Part shown: positions 16,352 to 26,151 of the stretch, piece by piece
Layout of the letters: the number at the start of each line of letters is the position of its first letter
Position numbering within the stretch: the stretch's first letter is position 1
Source of the DNA: a virus
Taxonomy: Duplodnaviria > Caudoviricetes
Virus record (IMG/VR): IMGVR_UViG_3300032300_000179
Span: 1 to 41,306 of that record
Direction: 5' to 3' (one strand)
DNA: 41,306 bases
Position numbers and translations under genes: made by a program
The notes under the pieces: model-generated
The model's database searches: none
What the model saw: only the letters and a program-made list of their open reading frames with translations
Told to the model about the DNA's origin: nothing

Positions 16352-17164
16352 TTACTTCTTACGCAGTTTTGCTTGCAATTCAGAAACCCGCCTCCAAAGA
16401 ACGCGCTGCGCTGCCCCCCACGGCGTTCGCTTGATCTCTGTCAGCGTTGAAGCCAATTCTGCCTTAGTAGCCTGTGTTTGTGCGGTTTTGACCACAATCG
16501 GGGCTGTCTTTATAGGCGCTACGGGTTTGCTCGCCGCTACGGGCTTCTGGGGCGGCTTTACGGACGTTTTAGGGGCTGGTTTTACAGCGTAAACCGCGAT
16601 CCAGATAGGGGTCTTCTTGATCAGGGTTTTGGAGTGCGCAATGCCGTGCGCTTCCTTCTCCGAAATGCCCTTGCCGTAGACCTCTTTGCCCTTGCCGCTC
16701 ATCGTCGGATCAGCGTATTCCCACTCGCCACCGTCGCATGCCAAAACGCACCAGTGACCATAAGGCGGCTTGTCCTTTGCGCGCTTTTTCTGCCACTCCG
16801 ACCACACGCGCTCAGGAATACCAAGCGGGGCTTCTACATTCGTGACAATCGCAGCGCCAGCAATGGCGGCGCGCTTTGCGGCATCCCAAGTCTTTACCCA
16901 CTGGGCATGCCCGCCCAACTCTTTGACTGTGCCAACCAGTTCTTTGGCGCTGGTTCCCGTTCCCTGCCCATCAATGTCGTTGCGCCCTGCGCGCTTTCCT
17001 GCATCCCAAGATTGCTGCGGGGTCACCGTGATTGCGCCCTTGCTTGCATACTGCAGCGCCATTCCTGCGCTAGTTACGCCGCAATCGTCCATCCAGTTGT
17101 CGGTCGTAATTTTAGTGGTTTTGCCCTCAATGAGCGTCGTTTGCGTTACTACTTTGATTGGCAT
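16352..17164 (-). CDS. putative endolysin, C39-like cysteine peptidase with K/P/A-rich tail
   Basis: DDCGVTS (Cys), GHWCVL (His), YADP (Asp); flanked by two membrane-protein genes. Confidence 0.75.
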   Translation of the reverse strand: MPIKVVTQTTLIEGKTTKITTDNWMDDCGVTSAGMALQYASKGAITVTPQQSWDAGKRAGRNDIDGQGTGTSAKELVGTVKELGGHAQWVKTWDAAKRAAIAGAAIVTNVEAPLGIPERVWSEWQKKRAKDKPPYGHWCVLACDGGEWEYADPTMSGKGKEVYGKGISEKEAHGIAHSKTLIKKTPIWIAVYAVKPAPKTSVKPPQKPVAASKPVAPIKTAPIVVKTAQTQATKAELASTLTEIKRTPWGAAQRVLWRRVSELQAKLRKK

Positions 17165-17170
17165 TCGTTG

Positions 17171-17356
17171 CTACTTTCCCTGCCCGTTGACATATGCCAA
17201 AAATCCACCAAGCCCGCTGATGCCAAGCAAGGCAATAACAAACTTTGCAAGGCGATACGCGCCCCGCGTTTCCGCCATCTCCACCTTGATGTCGGCTAAA
17301 TCACGCTCAATGCGCTCTAGGCGTTTAAGAATTTCGGTGCTGTCTTTGGTTGTCAT
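17171..17356 (-). CDS. small coiled-coil + single-TM protein (lysis cassette)
   Basis: EILKRLERIERDLADIK followed by FVIALLGISGLGGFLAYV. Confidence 0.7.
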   Translation of the reverse strand: MTTKDSTEILKRLERIERDLADIKVEMAETRGAYRLAKFVIALLGISGLGGFLAYVNGQGK

Positions 17357-17380
17357 TTGCCAATGTTACCAGAAGATGAA

Positions 17381-20300
17381 TTAGGATTTGTTTTCTAGCG
17401 CCTCAAGGCGCTTTTCTAGATCGTTAACGCGGACAAACAGCGCAGCGATAAGCGCCGTCGGGTCTAGTGTTTCTACGCGACCCTCTTCGTCGTAGCCAAC
17501 TGCGTGCGACAAGCCCGCCTCCAGCACTTCTTCGGCAATAAATCCAAGGCGAACCGCGCCCTTTTCGTCTTCAATCTTGCTTGTGTAGTGGCGTGGCTTG
17601 ATCTTTTTGGCGGCTTCAAGCACGGCTTCGTCAGCGTCAACGATGTTCGTCTTGTATCGCGCCGACGAGGAGTTGCGCCGCAGGGTGTAGGTAGCACCGC
17701 TGCTCACCACATAGATCGCCGCGCTTGCTGTTTGCGTTGTCGTTGTGGGGGATGTAATTATTGGTGATCCCTGTACCGAAATGCTGCCGCCTACCTCTAA
17801 ACCCCCGCTGGTTGCGGTGCGAATTCCATCATCGTAGATGTAGCGGCTTGCTGTTGAGCCGTTCATAGGGTAAATGCGTTCCGCCCACAGTTGCGCGTAG
17901 TCTGTCGCGCTATCGCCGTTGAGAATTTGGATCACATTTGCTGCGCCCGATTTGACTGTTGCGAATGCAGTGCCGTTCTTGTTGTAAAAGCCAATGCGCG
18001 GATTAGTGCCATTAGCGACATTGGAGTCTTGGACGATCACCTCGCCGCTTGATGCTCGCAAGATCAAATCGCTGCTTGTAGTGCCTTCGCTCACATGGTA
18101 TTCAGCAAACAACGCAAGTGCGTTTACATGCTCGCTAACATTAATCCTTTCAAACTCTGATGTTCCCGAAGGGGCAGAGATTGCAATGCCCGCAATAGTT
18201 CCAATTCCGTTGTTGCGAACCTCAAGAGTTGGGAAGTTGTTAGTGTCATCCCATGTCTCAATCGTAGTTGATCCTTCGCTTTTAATTGAAATACCACCAC
18301 CTTGGACATAGACATAATCACCGCCGCCGCCAGTGGTTTCTGGGTTATAGATTGTTCCAATTGAGGTTCGCGGAGAAACGACAACAACTCCATCCTCCCC
18401 TTTAATTTGAATTCCAGCGCCAAGAATTTCGTCCTGCAAGGGAATGTTGTCTGGGCTTAGGTAAATGCTATTTGTTGCGTTTGCAATCGCGTTATCAACA
18501 GTAGTCGCGTTGTATCCAGAATAGAGAACAGCGTCATTGACTCCGCCAAACCCAGCATCAACGCCTACGCCATCGCCTTGGATAAGCAGCCCCACGCCAG
18601 CGGGGTCGTTAGTAATTCTTGAAGCAAGAACATCTACTGCGCTGATTGTTCCAGTCGTGATGTTGTTGGCATTTAGGTTGATAACATCAATAGAGCCAGC
18701 GTCAATCGTTCCAGCAAAGATTGAGTCCGCCGTGACAATTCCGTGTTGGAACTGCCCAATGTCTGTTGCGTCGGCAAGAATTGTTGCGGCGGTGGCGGCT
18801 GACCACGAAGAAACACCGTTGCTGCGGTACAGCGTGGGCTTGGTAATGTGCGGATCTCCGCCATCTGGCTTGAGCATGACCAGCGTGCCTTCTGGGAACT
18901 CTTCTGCATACACAGTAAGATCTGGCAAATTCTGAGCAACAGTTAGCGTGCTGTTCTTTTTAATAATTGAAATCGGCGTGTTGGCGGCTGGCATGGAGGA
19001 AGGAGCCTCAACTGTTGCCGCAACGCCAGTCACCTGTGGGTCACTAAGAAGCCGACCAGAGGCAACGAACTCGCTTTTCTGCAAGTTGTGTTCAAACGCT
19101 GTTGACCCTAGGCGCGGCTTTCCTGTGCCAATAAGCGCGGAGCCAACAGTTGCGAGTGCCGAAGCAAGGTTTCCTTTTTGCGAGCCAAACTGAATCTCGT
19201 AGACAATTTCGCCGTTGCCAAATGGCAGAATTGAAAGCCCTTCAATGCGGTTAATGGTAATTTGCCGTGCCGCTGGCATGCGCGATAGTTCAAAGATTTG
19301 GTAGGTTCCTGCCACTGGAACGGTGTAGCCAAGCCTGTCCGAAGAAATTGTGTAGGTTCCTTCGCGCACTGGCATCGCGGATTCAGAAAAGATTGCATCG
19401 GCTGCCCGATCCGCAGCCCCGATGGAAGTTACAGAAGAGTCGTCAGTAAAAGAGCCGTACACCCTGCCAAAATATGCAAGCGATGGGGCGTACTCGCGAT
19501 ACCAAGTTGTGTAGTTCTTGCTCCCCTTTTTTGTTTCCCCGCCCTTGATTGCTACCGCGTTAATAATGGCGCTTGCGTCAAGCGACTCTTCGTAATTCAT
19601 TGGGGCAAATGTAGTTGTGTTGTCTGGGTTGTCACTGATGCCAAACGATGCAGTTTCTGCAATCAGTTGCAGGTTGTCGTAGTACACGCTGCCGACCGTT
19701 GTTCCAGAATAGGCAAGGCGGATTTCAAGATGGGTAGCCGTCGCTGGGGCTGTTACAACCTGCTCTACGCGAACCCATGACCCGACAGTTGTTGTGGTAA
19801 TTGTTGTTGTCGGAGTAAGGAACGCTCCGCCAGAAGAAGCGCGGAATCGCAACAGAATTTGCGCCCTGTTTGCAGACAGATTTTTAATCGCCCCAGAAAA
19901 GTAATAACGCTTTCCAGCCGTTATTCCGCTGATCTCTTGCCACGCAGCCTCAGTGCTGTTGTCAACTTTTAGCCCATAATCTGGTTCAGAGCCGCTAATT
20001 GTCGCGCCAGATCCGTTGGTGTTTTGCCCAGCAATGCGCTCTCTTGTTGGGGTTCCCACATAAGTCCAACTTGTTGCTGTTGTTGCTGTGCCGACTGGAA
20101 GTTGAAACTCCCAGTTTGCAATCATGTTGATGTCTTTACCAACGCGGGAAATGTTTAGGTCGCCGCTTGTGTCTACCCAAAACTGCATCTTGGTGCTGTA
20201 AGCGTTCTTGCAGAAATGCTCAAGTGCTTCACGCAATGTTTTGCCGCTAAAATCTAGGTTGGTATTCCAAACTACAGCAGCGTTGTAGATTTTGGCGGCA

Positions 20301-20734
20301 TTGTAAGTAATTGGAGAAGCACCCTCTGAAGCGGTGCTGTTTGATAGCAGCCATTGAACATCGCTGCCGCGAGTTCTTCCATCTGTGGTTCGGTACGCAT
20401 CCTTGTTTCGGTACGCTTTCTGATCTAAAAGCGCGTTGACGCTCTGGCAATCAACAGTAATAAGGTTTGCAGCGCCATCAAACGCCCAGTCAATGTTTCC
20501 GACATATCCGCGCCAAATTACTGTCGCGACAGGGGCGCTTGGGGAGATAGTCACCGTCGCTGTGACAATTACAAGCGCGCCAGATTTAATGTCAATCGTC
20601 TTAGTTTCGTCTCGCAAGTCAAACGAGCAAGTGGTGATGGTGTCTCGCGAACCAACCTCCGCAGTGAAGGTCTCCATAATGATCTTGTTGGTTAGGTCAG
20701 TTCCGCCGACCGTAACCGACATTACTGCTGCCAT
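17381..20734 (-). CDS. tail tip/receptor-binding protein with CBM-like insert and C-terminal intramolecular chaperone (peptidase S74-like)
   Basis: Follows the tape measure; NWEF...GKRYYFS...VYYDNLQL jelly-roll; SSARYKTNI...LGFIAEEV...LEKRLEALE. Confidence 0.88.
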   Translation of the reverse strand: MAAVMSVTVGGTDLTNKIIMETFTAEVGSRDTITTCSFDLRDETKTIDIKSGALVIVTATVTISPSAPVATVIWRGYVGNIDWAFDGAANLITVDCQSVNALLDQKAYRNKDAYRTTDGRTRGSDVQWLLSNSTASEGASPITYNAAKIYNAAVVWNTNLDFSGKTLREALEHFCKNAYSTKMQFWVDTSGDLNISRVGKDINMIANWEFQLPVGTATTATSWTYVGTPTRERIAGQNTNGSGATISGSEPDYGLKVDNSTEAAWQEISGITAGKRYYFSGAIKNLSANRAQILLRFRASSGGAFLTPTTTITTTTVGSWVRVEQVVTAPATATHLEIRLAYSGTTVGSVYYDNLQLIAETASFGISDNPDNTTTFAPMNYEESLDASAIINAVAIKGGETKKGSKNYTTWYREYAPSLAYFGRVYGSFTDDSSVTSIGAADRAADAIFSESAMPVREGTYTISSDRLGYTVPVAGTYQIFELSRMPAARQITINRIEGLSILPFGNGEIVYEIQFGSQKGNLASALATVGSALIGTGKPRLGSTAFEHNLQKSEFVASGRLLSDPQVTGVAATVEAPSSMPAANTPISIIKKNSTLTVAQNLPDLTVYAEEFPEGTLVMLKPDGGDPHITKPTLYRSNGVSSWSAATAATILADATDIGQFQHGIVTADSIFAGTIDAGSIDVINLNANNITTGTISAVDVLASRITNDPAGVGLLIQGDGVGVDAGFGGVNDAVLYSGYNATTVDNAIANATNSIYLSPDNIPLQDEILGAGIQIKGEDGVVVVSPRTSIGTIYNPETTGGGGDYVYVQGGGISIKSEGSTTIETWDDTNNFPTLEVRNNGIGTIAGIAISAPSGTSEFERINVSEHVNALALFAEYHVSEGTTSSDLILRASSGEVIVQDSNVANGTNPRIGFYNKNGTAFATVKSGAANVIQILNGDSATDYAQLWAERIYPMNGSTASRYIYDDGIRTATSGGLEVGGSISVQGSPIITSPTTTTQTASAAIYVVSSGATYTLRRNSSSARYKTNIVDADEAVLEAAKKIKPRHYTSKIEDEKGAVRLGFIAEEVLEAGLSHAVGYDEEGRVETLDPTALIAALFVRVNDLEKRLEALENKS

Positions 20735-23200
20735 TTATGAAACCGTTGGCGTTGAGGAGCCGTTCCTGAGACCGCCGCGTAGCCGAACTTGGGTGCTAAG
20801 GCGCTCTGACAGCCGACGAATATCTTCGTCCTTCCTGATGCTTTGTGGCTGGAAGTTGTTGTTAATCACTACGGAGCCTGACTGCGAGCCAAATCCACCA
20901 ACGCCCATGCTTGGGGCTGCGTCAAATGCTGGTCTCGTAGAGGAAACCGCAACGGCGGCGCTTTGTCGTAGCGCAACGCTGGCTCGTCGCATACCGTCAC
21001 CAAAGGCATTGATCGTTCGCTCTCCCCACGAATCAATATTGTGCAGCGGCGAATATTGCGTTGGCGGAGACTTTGCCTCAACAATTGGCACAAGCCTGCT
21101 CATCACCCCCCTAAGAACTGTCCTAGCATAATCGCCGCCCGTATTTAACCCATCTGCGTAAGCGCCCATCGTGCGCTCGCCGTAGCGGAAGAAGTTCATT
21201 TCGGTTTGCTTCTGTGCAGCCTCAGCCGCAGCCTGTTGCGCCGCGTACATCTCGTTCATTGCGCCTTCGGCAACTAGTTTGTAAGCATCGCCGTATTCCA
21301 TTTCGCCCTCAACTGCGGTGTTGAGTACGCCGTTCTCAAGCGCAAAGAGTCGCTCTTCGGCAGTTCGCTTTGCTGCAATTGCCGCAGCGACAATTTCCTG
21401 ATTGTTGCTCTTCAGCGCGTCAGCAAGTTCCTTGCCGTTTAGGAATGACTTAATGTCCTTCTTTTCTTTGGCTGGGTCAACGGCATTTTTAATGGCTTCC
21501 TTCAAAAAGTCTCGCGCAGAAGTTACTGACTCGCGACCGTCACGCAGAGATTTTGCGACACCAGACATAATGCTGCTGGTCGCCATAAGTGTCTGTACTC
21601 GCGCAGACTCTGCGCCCTCTGGAAGCGCAGCGAAGTAATCCTTTGCAGTCTCTTCCATCTCTGGGAATGCCGCCTCAATAATGGCTCGCGACGACTCAAC
21701 GGTAGCCCTCACGCTGTCTTCCCCAGCCTTGCCAATGTCACCAACGCCCTTTGCCGCAGACTTTACTGTGTCTTTGATTGCCTCAGACATATCTTCGGTC
21801 TCTTGCGGCAATTCCACGCCAAGGAAGTCAAGGAACCACCCGACAGCATCAATTACTGGCTTGATAAAGCCCATGATTCCTTCAAAGATGCCCTTAAAGA
21901 TGCCGCCAACCACATCAATGATGGTTCCAAGGATGTTAAATTTTTCGTTAAGGTCAGCAATAAATGTAATAATTCCGCCAATAATCCCAGCGACAAACCC
22001 GATAATGGTTCCAAGAATCGCCCACCATGTCGGGAGCGGTGACTCAGCAATAAAAAGCAGGATGTTTACTGCTAGTTCCTGAATAAATCCAGCAAAACTT
22101 TGAATCGCCCCAGAAACTACATTTACCACTGAAGACACAAAGCCAAACTCTTCTTCCATTTTGATTAGAACAAATGTAATTGCTGCTCCAGCGGCAATAA
22201 ACGGAAGAAGAGGCGAAAGAGCAGCCCAAATTCCCGCAGCAAAATTCCACGCCATCATTGTTGCTGGAACAAGTCCTCCAGCAAGCCCGATAAGCACCAC
22301 AGTTGCGCCGACCATCACTGCTGGGAATTGAGTTCCTAGCAATTTAACCATTGGAACAAGGATTTCCATAAAACTTACGCCCAATTGTGTCAATGTCAAA
22401 AACACAGGAACGAGTGCTTCGCCAGCATCTCGCTGAAGGTCAGCCATTGCAGCCGCAGCAAATCGTTGCTGGTTTGCAAGCCCGTTTTGCGTTCTAGCAA
22501 GGTCGCCAATTGTCAGGTCAAGTTGCTCCGTCATTACCTTGAATCGCGCCATAACCTTGTCTTGCGCACTAATTTCTGATTTAGTCTCCGCAAGCCCCAT
22601 TTCAAGAGCCTTCTCCGCAACGATAAGTTCGTTCAACTGCACGCCGACAGTACGCATTGGCAAATACTCTCCAACGAGCGCGGAGCGCAATTTGCCAAGG
22701 GCATCGTCCATATCAATGTTGTTGAACGACGAAATGTCGGAGGCAAGTTGTAGAGTTGCGAGCGACATTTTTGCCGACTGTTCTTCGGTAAGTTTCATGG
22801 CGCGGAACAGGTTTGCGTACTCGGAACCCATCTTAAGAACCTGATTGCCAGACAAACCCATTGTGCGTGCGCTGATCTCTGCGGCATCTAAGAGAATGTA
22901 GGCATGCTCGCCAAGCACAATATTTGTTTTGGTTAGCGATTCCTGCCAGTCGCGGGCAGCGTTCACCATTGGACTAATCATTGCCGTGGCTGTTTGAATC
23001 GCCCACGCAACAGACTGGAGGTTTTGCAGCGCAAAGAATGCCTTCTGCGCCATGCCCATTTGTGCGCCAGCAAGGGCGTTTACTGGGGCAACTGCGGAGC
23101 CAGTGGACTTGGCAAGGTTAGTAACTGCGCCCTGTACCCGACCCAATTCCTTGGACGCTAGGTCACGCGCTGTTACATCAATGCCAATCTGTTCACGCAT
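20735..23200 (-). CDS. tape measure protein
   Basis: 821 aa, helical and Ala-rich with a hydrophobic central region; follows the frameshifting chaperone. Confidence 0.92.
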   Translation of the reverse strand: MREQIGIDVTARDLASKELGRVQGAVTNLAKSTGSAVAPVNALAGAQMGMAQKAFFALQNLQSVAWAIQTATAMISPMVNAARDWQESLTKTNIVLGEHAYILLDAAEISARTMGLSGNQVLKMGSEYANLFRAMKLTEEQSAKMSLATLQLASDISSFNNIDMDDALGKLRSALVGEYLPMRTVGVQLNELIVAEKALEMGLAETKSEISAQDKVMARFKVMTEQLDLTIGDLARTQNGLANQQRFAAAAMADLQRDAGEALVPVFLTLTQLGVSFMEILVPMVKLLGTQFPAVMVGATVVLIGLAGGLVPATMMAWNFAAGIWAALSPLLPFIAAGAAITFVLIKMEEEFGFVSSVVNVVSGAIQSFAGFIQELAVNILLFIAESPLPTWWAILGTIIGFVAGIIGGIITFIADLNEKFNILGTIIDVVGGIFKGIFEGIMGFIKPVIDAVGWFLDFLGVELPQETEDMSEAIKDTVKSAAKGVGDIGKAGEDSVRATVESSRAIIEAAFPEMEETAKDYFAALPEGAESARVQTLMATSSIMSGVAKSLRDGRESVTSARDFLKEAIKNAVDPAKEKKDIKSFLNGKELADALKSNNQEIVAAAIAAKRTAEERLFALENGVLNTAVEGEMEYGDAYKLVAEGAMNEMYAAQQAAAEAAQKQTEMNFFRYGERTMGAYADGLNTGGDYARTVLRGVMSRLVPIVEAKSPPTQYSPLHNIDSWGERTINAFGDGMRRASVALRQSAAVAVSSTRPAFDAAPSMGVGGFGSQSGSVVINNNFQPQSIRKDEDIRRLSERLSTQVRLRGGLRNGSSTPTVS

Positions 23201-23203
23201 TGA

Positions 23204-23413
23204 CTACTTACCAGCCTTTCTCGCCGCTTCGTTTTCGGCTTTTCTTTTTGCCGAAAGGTACGCGAGCGCACGCTCTACGAACCAGTGCGGCGCTTCGCTA
23301 ACATCGTCATACGACCAACCGAACTCTTCGCATAGTAAAACATCTGAGAACCAATGCGGCTGATTTGCAGTCTTCCCGTTGAAGATTGCCGCTAAATCGC
23401 GGCTTAGACTTCC
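23204..23413 (-). CDS. tail assembly chaperone -1 frameshift extension (gpGT-like)
   Basis: Open -1 frame GSLSRDLAAIFNG...LCEEFGWSYDDV...KAGK*, entered at G GGG GAA (23416-23410). Confidence 0.85.
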   Translation of the reverse strand, partial: GSLSRDLAAIFNGKTANQPHWFSDVLLCEEFGWSYDDVSEAPHWFVERALAYLSAKRKAENEAARKAGK

Positions 23414-23871
23414 CCCAGCGTTTCACCCTTTTTGCCCTTTTTACCGTCAGCCTCTGGGTTTACTTCTGAGAGCAACTTTGGCGATTCCTTGCCAATCTCG
23501 CCCATCAGGAACTGGTAGACAGGATTTGGAATGCCGTCTAGCAACTCTTCTCCGCTCTGCGGAGACCATGGAACAAGGTTGCCGACCTCATCAAAGATGC
23601 GCCAATCAACAATACCGCCGATAATTCGCGCCTTAAGCGCGGCGGCAGTATTCCATTCCATTTCGCCAAGCCCGCCGCCCTTATCAATGCGGGCATTGCT
23701 GCCTGCGGCGATCATGCCCTGAACGACACCGTGCGGCAGCACTCCCCAGAAGGTGATGCTTTCGCCCTCAGTAAGCCAGTCTTCTGGCTTTACTGCTTCT
23801 GGCTTGTCCGCCATCGTAATTGTCCTTGTGTCCGCCGAACGACGAACAGCAAGATTCCTAAACGATCCCAT
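23404..23871 (-). CDS. tail assembly chaperone (gpG-like)
   Basis: Between tail tube and tape measure; IVDW motif; ends in a slippery GGGGGAA. Confidence 0.85.
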   Translation of the reverse strand: MGSFRNLAVRRSADTRTITMADKPEAVKPEDWLTEGESITFWGVLPHGVVQGMIAAGSNARIDKGGGLGEMEWNTAAALKARIIGGIVDWRIFDEVGNLVPWSPQSGEELLDGIPNPVYQFLMGEIGKESPKLLSEVNPEADGKKGKKGETLGEV

Positions 23872-23891
23872 AAAACGCCCCTTTCCCTAGC

Positions 23892-23928
23892 GACTAGCCC
23901 CCAGCCCACATGGGCTGAGGCACTAGTC
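23892..23928 (-). terminator. stem-loop after the tail tube gene
   Basis: GACTAG..CCTCAGCCC-ATGT-GGGCTGGGG..CTAGTC; a T-run flanks it on the plus strand only. Confidence 0.55.
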
Positions 23929-23934
23929 TTTTTA

Positions 23935-24894
23935 TTAATCCGCTGTGGTGAAGTTTACCGCAGTGCGGAGCGTGACAACTGCCAACGACGCATCTGCTGC
24001 GTTGTACAGAGCCTTGCCCTTTACCGTGATCTCTGGAAGATCCGAACTCGTGTCAATCTCCGCGTCCTCAATAAACGCAGTGCCGATCTTCAGGCGAAGC
24101 GTTGGAGCGGTGGCTGAAGTGCCGATAACCGTTCCGTCGGTAAGCGTGAAGAGGATTTCCAGCGAGTCAGTCGCAGCGGTGCGGTACTTGTCGTACTCGC
24201 CCACGCTGGCAAAGTCGCAGGTGAGGTCAAACTCAACCATGCGCGAGCCAGTAGTAAAGGTGGCTGGGTCAACCGAATTGTTTACCGTGAACTGTGGCTT
24301 TCGGTTACGCGTAAAGTTAATTGAACCCTTCTTCAACTTGGCATAGGAGCCAAGAGCCGAACCGTTAAATGCAACCTGACCCTTCCAAGCAACGAATGAG
24401 TTGATTGAAGAACTGGTAAGCGTCGGGGCAGAGCCAAGCGCGGTGCGCGTTAGCCCAAAGCCGTTGACATTGTAGGTAAGCGTGCCTTCAGCCTCAAAGG
24501 TGAAGCCCATCTTGTCTACAACTGCGTCCTTAATCTGGTACGCCTCAGTTGCGCGGCGTGGCTGCGTTGTCTGTAGCGTCAGCGCGTTTGGCGCATCGGC
24601 AAACTTAAACACTGCGGTAAATGCGCTTCCGTCGGCGGTATTGGTTGGCGTTCCCATTGCGTTGGAAAGCCAGAAGCCAATTGTGTCGTGATAGATCGCG
24701 CTGTCTCCAACTGTCCACTCTTCGTAAGAAACGCCATCGCGCTTCGTGAAGTGGATGTCCTGACCACTGCGAACTTCCTCAAGGGCGACATTTGCCTTGA
24801 CGAGTTTGGACGAAAAGTCTGCTGGAACCGTGGTGGTGGTTGCCGCTGCTGTACCTACCGCAGCCTGACGACCAACCTTTACTGCAATGCTCAC
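23935..24894 (-). CDS. major tail tube protein
   Basis: 319 aa, beta-rich and Thr/Ala-rich; upstream of the chaperone and followed by a hairpin. Confidence 0.85.
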   Translation of the reverse strand: MSIAVKVGRQAAVGTAAATTTTVPADFSSKLVKANVALEEVRSGQDIHFTKRDGVSYEEWTVGDSAIYHDTIGFWLSNAMGTPTNTADGSAFTAVFKFADAPNALTLQTTQPRRATEAYQIKDAVVDKMGFTFEAEGTLTYNVNGFGLTRTALGSAPTLTSSSINSFVAWKGQVAFNGSALGSYAKLKKGSINFTRNRKPQFTVNNSVDPATFTTGSRMVEFDLTCDFASVGEYDKYRTAATDSLEILFTLTDGTVIGTSATAPTLRLKIGTAFIEDAEIDTSSDLPEITVKGKALYNAADASLAVVTLRTAVNFTTAD

Positions 24895-25082
24895 TTGACA
24901 CCTTCCTTCGCTGCATCAGCGACGATTGGAGCAGCCTTCAGCGGCTTCTCCTCTTCATAAAGACCAGTTGCGATCAGCGCATCCGCTTCTCGCTCAGTCA
25001 CAACAATAACACCAGCGGCTGGGTAGCCGACAACAAAGTCGCCCTTGCCGATATAACGCACGCTCTTTGATGCTTCAGACAT
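24891..25082 (-). CDS. small virion-region protein
   Basis: ATG at 25082 after AGGAG; VRYIGKG...EADALIATGLYE. Confidence 0.65.
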   Translation of the reverse strand: MSEASKSVRYIGKGDFVVGYPAAGVIVVTEREADALIATGLYEEEKPLKAAPIVADAAKEGVK

Positions 25083-25090
25083 GTTTACTC

Positions 25091-25579
25091 CTAAGTTGTT
25101 GTCAGGGATTGAACAACCTTTACGACGACCCTGATCTCGGCATAATGGCACATAATGTCGCCGATCATGACGGGCGACGCATCGTTTGGCAGATCAATAG
25201 TAATCGGGTCGTGATCAAGCGCCGTTCCGCCCAGCGATCTGGCGCTGTCAATTGCAGTTGCCGCCGATTCAATCAGGTCTCTAAAGGTTCCATCGCTGGA
25301 CGGGTGCGCCCAAGACATGTGGAATCGGATGATGTAGTTAATCCTTCGGATGGTTTTGACCGACCCGATCCCGATTGATTCGTACCTGCGATCTTCGCCT
25401 TCGTACTGGATTGTCCACGCTCGTACTTGTCGCTGCCCCCCAATAACCACCGTCAGCGTCGTCACAAACTGCGCCCAGTCATTCTTTGGGAATGGCTGGT
25501 AGTCGTAAACAACGCCAGAGTTAGTAACGCTTTCAATCGCTGTCTTTAGCGCGGAAGCCTGATCTGCAATGACGCTCAT
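25091..25579 (-). CDS. putative tail terminator/completion protein
   Basis: Size, position and the RSLGGTA motif. Confidence 0.65.
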   Translation of the reverse strand: MSVIADQASALKTAIESVTNSGVVYDYQPFPKNDWAQFVTTLTVVIGGQRQVRAWTIQYEGEDRRYESIGIGSVKTIRRINYIIRFHMSWAHPSSDGTFRDLIESAATAIDSARSLGGTALDHDPITIDLPNDASPVMIGDIMCHYAEIRVVVKVVQSLTTT

Positions 25580-25581
25580 AA

Positions 25582-26151
25582 TTACCCCTTCCTTGAAACT
25601 GTAGCCACTTGGTTCATTTCTGGGTTGCGAAGCACTCGCGCTGCGGCAGCCTTCATGTGCGTTTCCGCCATGGTTTGATGCAGCATCACTGTTTTCTTAT
25701 TGTACAGTTGTGCTTTCGTGCCGTTCTGGGCAATCTTTCGCCCAACAAGGTAGGCAACGCTGTTGATCTCTTTCGCGCCCTTGACTCGCAAAACCCTGCG
25801 AACCCAAGTCCGCATTGCCTCAACTGGCGGGAACTTTCCCGCTCCGCGCCCGTACTCAACAAACTGCGCGTAGAGCGAAGCGCCGCCAGTCGCACCCATC
25901 GTTGAAGTCACTTCCCAAGTAGTGCGACCGTGACTGTTGACAAAATTGAACCTTGGCGGCGTGAACAGCGTTGAGTTTCGGAGCAAAGCAGTTGATCCGA
26001 CTGGTGTGTTGCGAACAAGTTTTGGGTAAAGATAAACAACCCCAGCCTTGGCTGCTTCGTACTGCGCCGCTTGAATTAGTTGCGGAGTGTACTTCTTCCG
26101 AAAGCCAGTAATGTCGCGAAAAACAATCTGGACGCGACCAGCAAAACTCAT
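25582..26151 (-). CDS. HK97 gp10-like neck/tail-completion protein
   Basis: TPV..ALLRNS, YAQFVEYGRGAGKFPP, IAQNGTKA. Confidence 0.8.
   Translation of the reverse strand: MSFAGRVQIVFRDITGFRKKYTPQLIQAAQYEAAKAGVVYLYPKLVRNTPVGSTALLRNSTLFTPPRFNFVNSHGRTTWEVTSTMGATGGASLYAQFVEYGRGAGKFPPVEAMRTWVRRVLRVKGAKEINSVAYLVGRKIAQNGTKAQLYNKKTVMLHQTMAETHMKAAAARVLRNPEMNQVATVSRKG

Noticed and set aside
17381-20734. Diversity-generating retroelement target
   Set aside because: No reverse transcriptase ORF and no template/variable repeat pair noticed
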